A stretch of 50,604 nt of DNA from Candidatus Heimdallarchaeota archaeon. Its GTDB lineage: Archaea > Asgardarchaeota > Heimdallarchaeia > Heimdallarchaeales > Kariarchaeaceae. How positions within the stretch are numbered: the first letter of the stretch is position 1; every line of letters begins with the position of its first letter. Below are positions 9,469-18,600 of the stretch, one piece after another. Location of the stretch: NCBI GenBank assembly GCA_015523565.1, contig WAKA01000156.1, positions 1-50,604 on the forward strand, read 5' to 3'. The translations under genes and the position numbers were made by a program. A model generated the notes under the pieces. The model was not told the DNA's origin, did no database searches, and worked only from the letters and a program-made list of their open reading frames with translations.

Positions 9469-10314
9469 ATGGATAAGATAATGGCATTCCTTTTTTACGT
9501 TCTTATTGGACTGTCTGTCAATCTTTTAATCGGTTTCGTGGCCTACCTGAAAAAATCATTGTCTTTTCCATCTGGGTTTACTGCAGCAGGTCTAGTGGGA
9601 ATTACCATATTTCTTGCATCTTGGAAAGCTTGGACGGTTCTTATGTTTTTTTTTGTTTCTTCCTCTGCATTGTCAAAATTCAAAAAAACAGATCCTATCA
9701 AATCTGAGGCCATGGCATTCGCTGAAAAGGGGGATGAACGAGATGCCCTCCAAGTTTTTGCCAATGGTGGCACTGCATTCATTTTTTCACTTATTGTCTT
9801 ATTCATGTCTGGTGTGAATTTTGGTTCTTCCATGACCCCTCCTCTAATGGCAATTCTTGCCTCCCTTGCAGCAAGCACGGCAGATACTTGGTCCACAGAG
9901 ATAGGCACCAGTTCACGATCTCTTCCTGTTTTAATATATCGACCAACGGTACATGTTCCACGTGGCACTTCCGGTGGGATTACTGCTTTAGGAACCTTTG
10001 CATCATTGTTAGGTGCATTGTTGGTTGGTGTCGTTTCTTCCCTCCTCTTTTCTTCCTATGCCCTGCTATTGCCTATTGCCGTTTCTGGTTTTATAGGGGG
10101 TGTCATTGATTCATTACTTGGTGGGCTTGTACAGGCATCATATCGGTGTGTTGTGTGTCATAAGGCTACTGAAAAACGGATGCATTGCAACTCTCCAACA
10201 GAGTATGTCAAAGGAATCTCTTGGATCGACAATGATGCAGTCAATTTTATATCTAGCTTCCTTGCTGGCTTGCTTGCTTATTTTTTGGTCTATTATCCCC
10301 TTATGCCATATTGA
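9469..10314 (+). CDS. DUF92/TMEM19 family membrane protein
   Basis: RDALQVFANG, ADTWSTEIG, GTSGGIT, DSLLG, NDAVN; CxxC..HC insert. Confidence 0.9.
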   Translation: MDKIMAFLFYVLIGLSVNLLIGFVAYLKKSLSFPSGFTAAGLVGITIFLASWKAWTVLMFFFVSSSALSKFKKTDPIKSEAMAFAEKGDERDALQVFANGGTAFIFSLIVLFMSGVNFGSSMTPPLMAILASLAASTADTWSTEIGTSSRSLPVLIYRPTVHVPRGTSGGITALGTFASLLGALLVGVVSSLLFSSYALLLPIAVSGFIGGVIDSLLGGLVQASYRCVVCHKATEKRMHCNSPTEYVKGISWIDNDAVNFISSFLAGLLAYFLVYYPLMPY

Positions 10315-11695
10315 CCCATTCATCAATGATTTGGTCAATTGTTTCCAAGACTTGTCTTTCATTGTCATTTTCAATCAGTATTGCATCGCCTTCTTTTTGT
10401 GATATGATATTTGCCACTATGCCTGTTGTTCTTTGTATGATCTCTACAATATTCCCCAATTCATGGTCTTTCCTAATTTTTTTTGGTAAAACCAATCCAA
10501 TTGATGTTTCCGCCTCATTTCTCCCTTGGGTTATGACTGCAAAAGCCACATCGTCGGGCACTAAGCCTTCTGCTACTGTGATTTTTGCGACATTTTGTGC
10601 ATGTTGCCAAGGGATCATGTCTACTTTCACGTAATGGAGACTTTTCATCAAGTTGAAGTCTCTTGCCTTAATGTAATTGTATCCTGCAACTGCTGATTTC
10701 CTGATGTCTATGATTTTCGCCTTTATGGAATAATACACTTCATCTCTTTCTCCCAACAACAGTGGAATGGCCATATGTGTGATATTTTCATTGTATAGGT
10801 CTCTCAGAACTTGTGCAAACTCATGTGCATATTTCAGAATTGATCCCTCTGGTTCAAATGCAAGAATGTATTGCTCTCCTATAGGTGCTGCAGACATTGG
10901 CAAGTATTGGTTTGCAGAGGTTTCTACTGCAATGGCACTTACCAGTTTTTTCATTTCATTCTCAGAGAGGTCTTCAAGAGTTCTTTCTCCTTCCCTACTT
11001 TCAATTTCAATCCCCGCTTGGGTCAAGAGACGTTCCACATTATTCTTGTTTCCAGTAAGGCTTGGCAGGATTGGATTGGATGAGAAATATATCGCATCCA
11101 CAATGGGCATATAGTTTAAAGACAACAATGTCAAGCCAGTCTGCAAATGCAACTGTCCGTCTTCTATTGCATCGTGAAGAATCATTTCATTTAATCCCTT
11201 GAGTTGTCCATGGGTTGCCAATGCGCTGATGATCGGTTGCACAACTATATTCTTGACAGAATCCAACATTGGTGAGACAACAAAAAACATCATCGCCGCC
11301 AAAGTAGTGTGCTGACCAAAATATCCAAATCCCCCTGTATGGAAGACATTAGGCAAAACTTCACTGTTTTTTGCTGGTTGGGTGAAAACAAATGTTTGAC
11401 CTTCCCTTTTTGGGACTTTCTTTGCCTCTTCAAATGTGATGCCAATGATAATGGCATCGTTGTCTGTCTCAACAAGTTCTTCTTTTATGTCTTTTATCCG
11501 TTCAAATTTTTTTAAATGGACAGGGCTTTGCATGTGGTAATAATAAATTGCCAAAAGACTTGCCGCGACTGCGGCATCAATTCCATTCCAGTAATAAATT
11601 GTCACTGGATCTGTTGGTTCTTTGAGTTTCTCCGCAATTTGAATGGCGTTTGCCATGAAATCATCTAACCGTTGTATTGCGGGGACATCTTCCAT
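10301..11695 (-). CDS. GAN/RecJ/Cdc45-like DHH family protein, catalytically degenerate
   Basis: PIVDAIYFSSNPILPSLTG..LLTQAGIEI...RTLEDLSENEMKKL is typical of archaeal GAN; adjacent to uS15; metal ligands absent. Confidence 0.72.
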   Translation of the reverse strand: MEDVPAIQRLDDFMANAIQIAEKLKEPTDPVTIYYWNGIDAAVAASLLAIYYYHMQSPVHLKKFERIKDIKEELVETDNDAIIIGITFEEAKKVPKREGQTFVFTQPAKNSEVLPNVFHTGGFGYFGQHTTLAAMMFFVVSPMLDSVKNIVVQPIISALATHGQLKGLNEMILHDAIEDGQLHLQTGLTLLSLNYMPIVDAIYFSSNPILPSLTGNKNNVERLLTQAGIEIESREGERTLEDLSENEMKKLVSAIAVETSANQYLPMSAAPIGEQYILAFEPEGSILKYAHEFAQVLRDLYNENITHMAIPLLLGERDEVYYSIKAKIIDIRKSAVAGYNYIKARDFNLMKSLHYVKVDMIPWQHAQNVAKITVAEGLVPDDVAFAVITQGRNEAETSIGLVLPKKIRKDHELGNIVEIIQRTTGIVANIISQKEGDAILIENDNERQVLETIDQIIDEWVNMA

Positions 11696-11813
11696 AATAC
11701 TTTTTCAACATTCATTCTAAATCTTAAACCTGTTTCTAGACTCTGGATTTCATGTCGAGGTTTTTTGAAGTTCCTATCAAATTGTTTTTTAATGGCAGTT
11801 CCTTGTGAATTAT

Positions 11814-11855
11814 GAGAATGCTGGTGCTGTCTGAAAAGAAGCAACTGGTATTCTT
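11814..11855 (+). promoter_or_regulatory. Structured 5' leader (hairpin) of the uS15 gene
   Basis: GAGAATGCTGGT (11814-25) pairs with ACTGGTATTCTT (11844-55); upper stem GCT/AGC and TCT/AGA; GAAA tetraloop; TATA-like TTTTTTAA at 11785-11792. Confidence 0.6.
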
Positions 11856-11870
11856 CAAGGAGTGAATCAA

Positions 11871-12326
11871 ATGGCAAGAATGCATTCACGAAAAAAAGGT
11901 AAGGCGAAAAGTAGAAAACCATATGTGACTGAAGTTCCTGAATGGACTCCTCTTTCTGCCAAGGAAGTTGAGGAATTGGTAGTTCAGCTCTACAGGAAAG
12001 GTATCCCTATGGCTAAAGTTGGGATGATCCTTAGGGATCAATACGGAGTTCCCAATGTGAAATTGGTCACTGGCAAAAAGATTTCAAAAATCTTGGAGGA
12101 AGCCAAACTCAAGCCAGAATTCCCTGAGGATCTTATCAACCTCATCAAAAGGGCTATGAACCTTAGGAACCACCTTTCCGAAAACAAAAAGGATCTCAGT
12201 TCAATGCATGGGCTAAAGAGAATTGAGTCAAAAATTTACAGGCTTTCAAAATATTATCGAGAATCTGGTCGTATCCCCTCTGATTGGAAATATGATCCAA
12301 ATCGTGCTTCAGTTCTCCTTAGGTGA
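11871..12326 (+). CDS. rps15: Ribosomal protein uS15 (archaeal S15P / eukaryotic S13)
   Basis: MARMHSRKKG, LRDQYGVP, PEDL, IESKIYRLSKYY, WKYDP. Confidence 0.97.
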   Translation: MARMHSRKKGKAKSRKPYVTEVPEWTPLSAKEVEELVVQLYRKGIPMAKVGMILRDQYGVPNVKLVTGKKISKILEEAKLKPEFPEDLINLIKRAMNLRNHLSENKKDLSSMHGLKRIESKIYRLSKYYRESGRIPSDWKYDPNRASVLLR

Positions 12327-12947
12327 TTTTTCAAGGCGAACGACCAAGATTGGAATCTTTTTCTTGTTCCTTGAATGGAACTTGTATGTTTTTTTCAATG
12401 TGAATTCTTCGGCAAAATATCCTGTAAGTTCCCATCCATGTTTTTTCGTTAATTTTGCATAGTGATCTATGTTTCGTTTAACGCCATCCACCACTGCATA
12501 TATGACATTTGAATATTCAAATGCCTTACGGACAAACTCTGTATCCCTCATTTTTTTTTGTTGTATCCCAAACGGTGGATTCATTATTGTTGTGTCAATT
12601 GGAATGTTTGGACTCCATTCTCTTGCATCTTCTTTGATAATTTCGAGTGACACCTCGAAAATGTCTCTGTTTTGTTTTAATATTGTAATTGCATCTTCAT
12701 CAATCTCAACTGCAAAAACCCTTTTTGCATTGGTCATGGCCGCTGCAATTGCGAACCCTCCTGTCCCTGCACATAGGTCGACCACTGTTTTCCCTGAAAT
12801 GTCCCCCATCATTGCGGCTTGGTGTATGATTGTTGCAATTAGTGGTGGGGGTGTGGCATATTGCTCCAAATTCACTTTTGGGCTCGCAAATCCTTTCAAA
12901 TTTCTGCTTAAATGTCCTTCCAATTCTGATTTCCTGATATCAATCAC
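12309..12947 (-). CDS. METTL5-family rRNA m6A methyltransferase
   Basis: LEQYATP, DLCAGTG, MNPPFG, YKFH. Confidence 0.9.
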   Translation of the reverse strand: MIDIRKSELEGHLSRNLKGFASPKVNLEQYATPPPLIATIIHQAAMMGDISGKTVVDLCAGTGGFAIAAAMTNAKRVFAVEIDEDAITILKQNRDIFEVSLEIIKEDAREWSPNIPIDTTIMNPPFGIQQKKMRDTEFVRKAFEYSNVIYAVVDGVKRNIDHYAKLTKKHGWELTGYFAEEFTLKKTYKFHSRNKKKIPILVVRLEKSPKEN

Positions 12948-13096
12948 CTTAACTTCCTAATGTATTTTCTGTACTTCTTTTCTTTTTCCATGGAAAATCT
13001 CATTGGATAGGGGTGTTTTGCTTCACTTCCACATATGGGGCATTTTTGTTTCAATGTATATCTTCCACATTTTACGCATTTGTAAAGTGTCTTCAT
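12944..13096 (-). CDS. nop10: H/ACA RNP protein Nop10 (not in the ORF track)
   Basis: Hand translation: MKTLYKCVKCGRYTLKQKCPICGSEAKHPYPMRFSMEKEKKYRKYIRKLR; Zn ribbon with YTLK; directly follows aIF2-alpha. Confidence 0.93.
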   Translation of the reverse strand: MKTLYKCVKCGRYTLKQKCPICGSEAKHPYPMRFSMEKEKKYRKYIRKLR

Positions 13097-13105
13097 TTTT
13101 GTTCC

Positions 13106-13915
13106 CTATTTTTTGTCTGTTGGTTTTTCTGTCACTTTCAAGTCAAGTCCAAGCTCTTCCGCCTTTTGTTCAATTGTTTTTAGTGCGGCATGTTTGGCAT
13201 CTTCAACCTCCTCATAATACTTACTTGCCAAATAGAGTCGGTATTTTGGAGCTCCTATTGTTGTCAATTCATATTCAACATCCTTAAATTCTTTCAGCAC
13301 CTGTTCTGTGTCCAACAATGCCTCTTTGACCCGGAAAAGACCGTCTGGTGCAAAGGAACGAAGACCAATGACTATTTCCTGTTCTGCAATGCTGATTTTG
13401 ATGCTGGTCGTTGCAACTTCAACAATGACTTTTTTAATGTCTTCTGGAATGTCAATTCCCTCAAGTGCTTCAATCCCATCTGTGGCAACTACTTCAAATC
13501 CTGCATACAAGCTATAGTAGTTTTCTTCTAATGGTGGTCTGACAATTTGGTCTATCTCCTCATAATTTCTACCTAACTTTTCGGCAATCAACCTGATGAT
13601 CGCTTTTGCTGACATCATCAGTTTGTATTCCCTGATTTTTTCTTTTCGTTGTGAACTGGAGACACGTTTAATGCTGATATCCACTTGCCCTGTATTCTTA
13701 TTGACACGCATTACCTTTGCAACAACTTGTTGGTCTAGCCTCACGTGGTTTCGAATATTGCGTATCCACGTGGGTGCAATTTCCGAAATGTGGCAATACC
13801 CCTCTACCCCTGGATATTCCAATAATTTGGCATAAACTCCATGCCCCATGATTTTTGAGATTGATGCCACGACTAACTCGTTTTTTTGTGGAAGATTTAT
13901 TTGTTGAGCGCTCAT
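13106..13915 (-). CDS. eif2a: Translation initiation factor aIF2 alpha subunit
   Basis: S1 domain LLEYPGVEGYCHISEIAPTWIRNIR, VDISIKRV, C-terminal GAPKYRL. Confidence 0.95.
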   Translation of the reverse strand: MSAQQINLPQKNELVVASISKIMGHGVYAKLLEYPGVEGYCHISEIAPTWIRNIRNHVRLDQQVVAKVMRVNKNTGQVDISIKRVSSSQRKEKIREYKLMMSAKAIIRLIAEKLGRNYEEIDQIVRPPLEENYYSLYAGFEVVATDGIEALEGIDIPEDIKKVIVEVATTSIKISIAEQEIVIGLRSFAPDGLFRVKEALLDTEQVLKEFKDVEYELTTIGAPKYRLYLASKYYEEVEDAKHAALKTIEQKAEELGLDLKVTEKPTDKK

Positions 13916-14045
13916 CAAGACAGTTTCCTTTTTGCATAATAAAAGGATAAAGATTGTTTTTGATGCAATTTTTCTTTTTCACTTTGTGTTTTACCTCTTT
14001 GGATTTCTTCTAAAGATATTTCAAGGGTATGTTCTTTTTCTATAT

Positions 14046-14582
14046 ATGGATATTTTTGATCCATTCAAGTATTTCCCTGTCTCTTCTCCATTAGTTGGGA
14101 AGGTTCCCGCCCAACCCCAGAATTTTTGGATTGTGGCTGGAACTGGTCAAAGTGATTTGACTCCCTTGAACGCATTTGATCAGGCATTGTTTACTGCGGG
14201 TATTGGGCATTTGAACTTGATTCAATATTCTTCTATTGTTCCCTATACGAGCAAGATACTTCCCTTGCCTGTTCAAATTAAACCAGGGTCTCGAACTGGT
14301 GCGATTTTGGCTATCGCAAATGGTGTCCATAATGAGTTAATCTCTGCCGGAATAGCCATTGGCAATGTTCTTAATCAATATTATCTAGTGTTTGAAGGGC
14401 ATTTGAAAGGATCAAAAGAAGAACTTGTTGAAAAACTTAGGGGGATGCTTATTGAAGGTCTTTCCATTCGTGATGCGGATGTCTCACAAGATCTCTTTAT
14501 AAAGATACAACAATTGCATGTTAAACAAAGCTTTGGATGTGCTATTGTCGCTATCGTGTTTGACCCCACTTCATATTCATGA
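14046..14582 (+). CDS. pdaD: Pyruvoyl-dependent arginine decarboxylase
   Basis: LNAFDQALFTAGIGHLNLIQYSSIVP with the Ser-Ser cleavage site; ISAGIAIG. Confidence 0.88.
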   Translation: MDIFDPFKYFPVSSPLVGKVPAQPQNFWIVAGTGQSDLTPLNAFDQALFTAGIGHLNLIQYSSIVPYTSKILPLPVQIKPGSRTGAILAIANGVHNELISAGIAIGNVLNQYYLVFEGHLKGSKEELVEKLRGMLIEGLSIRDADVSQDLFIKIQQLHVKQSFGCAIVAIVFDPTSYS

Positions 14583-14681
14583 AAATATGTCTTTTCTTTT
14601 GTTTAACTTTCAGTTGCGAGGTTTCTTTTGTAGGCGGTTTTTCCAAAAGAGATATCTTTTGTACTGTTAAAGAGATTATTG

Positions 14682-14996
14682 ATGCAATCAGATTACCTAC
14701 AAAAAAGAAAGCGGTTAAAGAATGTTCTAAATCAAATAGGTTTCATTGTATTGGTGATCGGGATTTTTTTCAAAATAAGCATCTTTGATGTAAGTTTGAT
14801 CGTTTTGGCCATTTTTATCTGGATAATTTCTGGACCGCTTGCAACTATTGTATATCCTTCCCACGATAATGGGTTTTTGGAAAATTGTCCATCTTGCGGG
14901 ATGCTTGTTTCCGGTTCATATGATTATTGCATGGAATGCGGTGCAAGTCTAAAAATGGGGACTGATGCGACAGGGGCAAAAATAAAGGGTGATTGA
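14682..14996 (+). CDS. Small 2-TM protein with C-terminal zinc ribbon
   Basis: Two hydrophobic helices; CPSCG...YCMECGASL. Confidence 0.7.
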   Translation: MQSDYLQKRKRLKNVLNQIGFIVLVIGIFFKISIFDVSLIVLAIFIWIISGPLATIVYPSHDNGFLENCPSCGMLVSGSYDYCMECGASLKMGTDATGAKIKGD

Positions 14997-15028
14997 TTCT
15001 TCCCACAAAATAAATTTCTTCTTATTTG

Positions 15029-15661
15029 TCAGATTTTACTGACTAAGGATGCAAACTCTTTCATTTTAAATTTCAATATTTCTGGTTGTTGGATTCCAAA
15101 GCTTCCCAAAAGTGATTTTACAATCTGTTTTGTATCTGATGTGAAATAGTGCAAATCCAAGAAATAAAAAATGACATAGAATATCTGTGTGGGTGTCATC
15201 ATGAAAAACTTCAGCAATGTGTCTGGAGTCTGGACATTTTCCTGGATCTCTCTTTTAATCTCGATAATTTTTTCCAATCTGGTTCTCACATAATCAAGAT
15301 AAAAGACATCAATGCTTCCTCTTACTTTCAACTCATGTCGTATTTTCTTCACAAATCCCTCGTCTTGCTCGAAGACAAGATACCTGAATAAATCCGCCAA
15401 TCCCTTTAAATTCAAAAATGAAAACTCTCTTTTCACATATCTGAATATTTCTCGTCCAATCTCCTTGTCCTTTACCTCTTCCCTTTCAATGGTGGATTTG
15501 CATTTGCCGCAAATATAGACCCCGATGCTGTGCATCTCCAAGTTTCCCTTTGAAAAACAATATGAACATCTTTTATGCTTTCCCTTTGACATTGGGTTTC
15601 TTGATTGGTCATATGCAAAAGCCCTGAACATTGTTCCTACCATGTTTTTTTGCACCAACAT
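15029..15661 (-). CDS. Hypothetical protein with N-terminal C4 zinc finger
   Basis: CSYC...ICGKC followed by a helical domain; start uncertain. Confidence 0.6.
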   Translation of the reverse strand: MLVQKNMVGTMFRAFAYDQSRNPMSKGKHKRCSYCFSKGNLEMHSIGVYICGKCKSTIEREEVKDKEIGREIFRYVKREFSFLNLKGLADLFRYLVFEQDEGFVKKIRHELKVRGSIDVFYLDYVRTRLEKIIEIKREIQENVQTPDTLLKFFMMTPTQIFYVIFYFLDLHYFTSDTKQIVKSLLGSFGIQQPEILKFKMKEFASLVSKI

Positions 15662-15797
15662 ATGAATGGGGTGAATTCATTGGGCATATCCCGGTATTCT
15701 TTCCCATTCTCTTTGTTAAAAACTTCTTGTCCAAATTTATAAGGGGTATCAGAGACTTCTTTAAAGGTGATCCTGTTTATTGTTCCGCGCCAAACGT

Positions 15798-16133
15798 TTA
15801 ATCTTGGAGCTCATCCAACCTTTCCAGAAGGTCTGTTGCATTAGTTTTTGCGGCTAATGCCTTTACAATGTTTACAAGTTCATTGAATTTCTGGTTGATG
15901 TCCATCTTTCCATTTTCTTTCTTTTTGGAACTGGCGCCGATAAGGGATGCCTTTGATTTGTAATGATATGATCCTCCGAACTGATACTTAATCAATATCC
16001 CTTCGTCAACCAATGTCTGAAGTTTTTCCTCAAACCCTGGAATCCCTCCAAACCTGAATTTCAGCTCTGCTTCTGTCACTGTCACTCCTGGTGATGGAAA
16101 GACCTCCACTAACTTTTTTTTGAATTCTTCCAT
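15798..16133 (-). CDS. Small winged-helix-like hypothetical protein
   Basis: EEKLQTLVDEGILIK...YHY wHTH-like wing; short C-terminal helical tail. Confidence 0.55.
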   Translation of the reverse strand: MEEFKKKLVEVFPSPGVTVTEAELKFRFGGIPGFEEKLQTLVDEGILIKYQFGGSYHYKSKASLIGASSKKKENGKMDINQKFNELVNIVKALAAKTNATDLLERLDELQD

Positions 16134-16267
16134 GATATTCCTTCAAATTTTCAATATTTGAAGTTTATTTCCTTGGTTATCTCTTTTCATATGGTATAAA
16201 ACAAAAGGATGGTCTCTTATTTTCCCCCATTTTCTTTTTTTACAATTTCTCGGAGGCTTTTTTTCTT

Positions 16268-17005
16268 CTATTGGTATATGATGTTCTCCTTTGTCAACTC
16301 ATTAAGTTCATATCCAATTTTCTCATTGCCATTTTCGTCAAGAATGAACATTGTTGAAATTATTTTTTTCCCTTTCAATGATTGTATGGTGGGGTTGATT
16401 GTCACTTCTGATTTATTCATTGCTTCGCAAAGTTCATCTAAGGTCGCTCGACCTCCTTTTTCAATTAGCTTGACAATGAAATCTACCTCGTCTGCCGAAA
16501 ATCCCTTTGATCGCAACAGTTCTGAAATATGCAATATCATTCCTTGGTACTTGCGAAGATATCTCGCCGCTTCTCGTTCTAGAATGTCTACTTGTTTCTT
16601 TAATTGGGGAAGTTCTTTCAGTCCATTCTTGATGATTTCTTCTACGGTGTCTGGCTCTTTTGGAGGGGACAGTTGTAATGGGTTGGTTTCTCCAACCTCT
16701 GTCTGGGTTAATTGGCTTGCATGTGCCGCATAAAGATGTCTCCCAAAAGTAAATCTAAGATTTATGTCTTTGTCCAGTGAATAATATTCCCTATCTGGAC
16801 CAATTCCAGAGGATCTCTTTTCAGACGAAATCAATCCCGTATCTGCCAGCATCATAAGGTGGTTGCTAACCGCTCTTGGTGTGATGTTCAGGATTTTTGC
16901 AAGTTCATACGCATATCTGTCCTCGATACTCAATAATCGCAAAATTTCCCTCCGATGCTTGTTTGCCAGCAGATCAAGGATTGTGTCAATGTCCATTTCT
17001 TTCAC
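16268..17005 (-). CDS. ArsR-family transcriptional regulator with two HTH domains
   Basis: LANKHRREILRLL..AYELAK..AVSNHL..L...GLI; central coiled coil; second C-terminal wHTH; GGAGG before the GTG start. Confidence 0.85.
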   Translation of the reverse strand: MKEMDIDTILDLLANKHRREILRLLSIEDRYAYELAKILNITPRAVSNHLMMLADTGLISSEKRSSGIGPDREYYSLDKDINLRFTFGRHLYAAHASQLTQTEVGETNPLQLSPPKEPDTVEEIIKNGLKELPQLKKQVDILEREAARYLRKYQGMILHISELLRSKGFSADEVDFIVKLIEKGGRATLDELCEAMNKSEVTINPTIQSLKGKKIISTMFILDENGNEKIGYELNELTKENIIYQ

Positions 17006-17082
17006 GATTCATTGCCTCCGAATCTCTGCGTTCCTCTATTATACTTTACATACCATAGGTTATAAGGTTATGTTTTGTAAAA

Positions 17083-17901
17083 TTATCGGGTATTTTCCCA
17101 TAGGTAATCAAAATTGTTTTGAAAAACTCTCACAATACCTGGGTTGATGCTGAATTGTGGTTTGAATATTTTCCTTTGAAGTGTTCCTTCTTGTGTAACC
17201 CACATGACAAAAACCAATATTTTCCCATCCACGATAGTGCCCCGGGTTTTTATGGAGTCATCCAAATGAATTTTGCATGCCGCACCCCTTTCTTCCAATT
17301 CCTTTCGAATGGTCGTGGTATGCTCATCTTCTTCGGATTGAAGCAGTATTCTGATACGTACTCCCCTGTCTTGGACTTTAAATAGGCTATCTTTCACTTT
17401 TTCATACCAATTGAAAATATGTGTGAAGATGCAGACCTCCTTTTTTGCTTTTTCAATAATCTCTATTGTTCGACGTTCTGCATCCTCCAACGAGTTGAGT
17501 TGGGTTATGAGATTCTCTGGTTCTATTTGTGTATAGTTTTTCAAAAAAAGCGGCTGGACAATTTCTACAAACTGTCTTGTTAATGTCTTTATATTTTTCA
17601 ACTCAATCGCGAATTTTTCCTTGGTCTTTTCAACGAATGCATTGCTTGCCTCTGAAGGGGGAACGGCAGAATATACTCTTGGTCTGCTGTTTGACACTGC
17701 GACAAAACCTTTCCGTATTAACCCTTCTACCCCATCATAAACCCTCGAAAGGGGGATGCTTGCATATTCCGCAATCTGGTCTGCCTTCAATGATCCTATC
17801 TGATAGAGTGTGTGCATTATTTTTGCCTCATAATTCGTAAAACCCATCGAAAGCATGCATTGGGTTAAATCTGCCTCTATTTTTTTAGAGATTGTTGGCA
17901 T
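17083..17901 (-). CDS. TrmB-family transcriptional regulator
   Basis: GFTNYEAK, IPLSRVYD..L..KGFV..SRPRVY; PLD-like effector domain. Confidence 0.9.
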   Translation of the reverse strand: MPTISKKIEADLTQCMLSMGFTNYEAKIMHTLYQIGSLKADQIAEYASIPLSRVYDGVEGLIRKGFVAVSNSRPRVYSAVPPSEASNAFVEKTKEKFAIELKNIKTLTRQFVEIVQPLFLKNYTQIEPENLITQLNSLEDAERRTIEIIEKAKKEVCIFTHIFNWYEKVKDSLFKVQDRGVRIRILLQSEEDEHTTTIRKELEERGAACKIHLDDSIKTRGTIVDGKILVFVMWVTQEGTLQRKIFKPQFSINPGIVRVFQNNFDYLWENTR

Positions 17902-17999
17902 TCATTTCTCCTAGTGTTTTTCATATACAAATAGATAAGGAAAGAAACATAAATTCTCAAATAGAATCAATTAAATTACCTTGGTTAGGATGGTAAAAT

Positions 18000-18548
18000 A
18001 TGGACGGTCCTGACATTGTTTGGGTTTCTGATCAAGACAGTTTGCTGACTGCATTACTTATCAGTATTGCAGGTATGATCCTGATAGGGGTTGTGTTTAT
18101 TCCCCTGTCATACTCTTTCACGTTTGCCCCCATTTTTGCCTCATATCTTTTTGTCTTGTTTATTGGTGGGTTGGCATTCAAATACCGTGTCACCCCAAAA
18201 AAGAAATTGCAATTCCGAAAAGGTATGCATGTCTTTGAATTTCTAGCTGAAGGTAAAAAATCACTTTCTCCTGCTCGTTTTGATCAAATTGACGAGTTCC
18301 TTGTTGTGCCCCGTGACAATTTTATGGGTTCATTGAATGCAGAAAACTTCACAATGGATGACTATTGGAAGACAAAATTGATTCTTAAAATGCATGAGGG
18401 GACTGACAGCAATGGAAATCCGATTGGTGCAAATGCCTCTCTCTCATTCAACGGAACTGACTATAACTATGAATCTTTTATTTCCACACTCCTTTCTTGG
18501 GGGATCTTGAAATCTGGTTCTGGTGACTCCTTGCTTGTTTTTGCCTAA
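18000..18548 (+). CDS. Hypothetical 2-TM membrane protein
   Basis: Two N-terminal hydrophobic helices and a soluble C-terminal domain. Confidence 0.6.
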   Translation: MDGPDIVWVSDQDSLLTALLISIAGMILIGVVFIPLSYSFTFAPIFASYLFVLFIGGLAFKYRVTPKKKLQFRKGMHVFEFLAEGKKSLSPARFDQIDEFLVVPRDNFMGSLNAENFTMDDYWKTKLILKMHEGTDSNGNPIGANASLSFNGTDYNYESFISTLLSWGILKSGSGDSLLVFA

Positions 18549-18600
18549 TTTATCCTTGTCCAAACCTAAATGATTAATTTGTCTCTACATATTTCGATAT

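Noticed and set aside
10140-10200. Zinc-ribbon insert in the DUF92 protein as a novelty
   Set aside because: Similar CxxC...HC inserts are familiar in prokaryotic DUF92 proteins
11811-11860. Hairpin as a SECIS element or terminator
   Set aside because: It lies 5' of a gene, lacks a convincing SECIS GA quartet and a following U-tract, and no in-frame UGA selenoprotein is evident nearby
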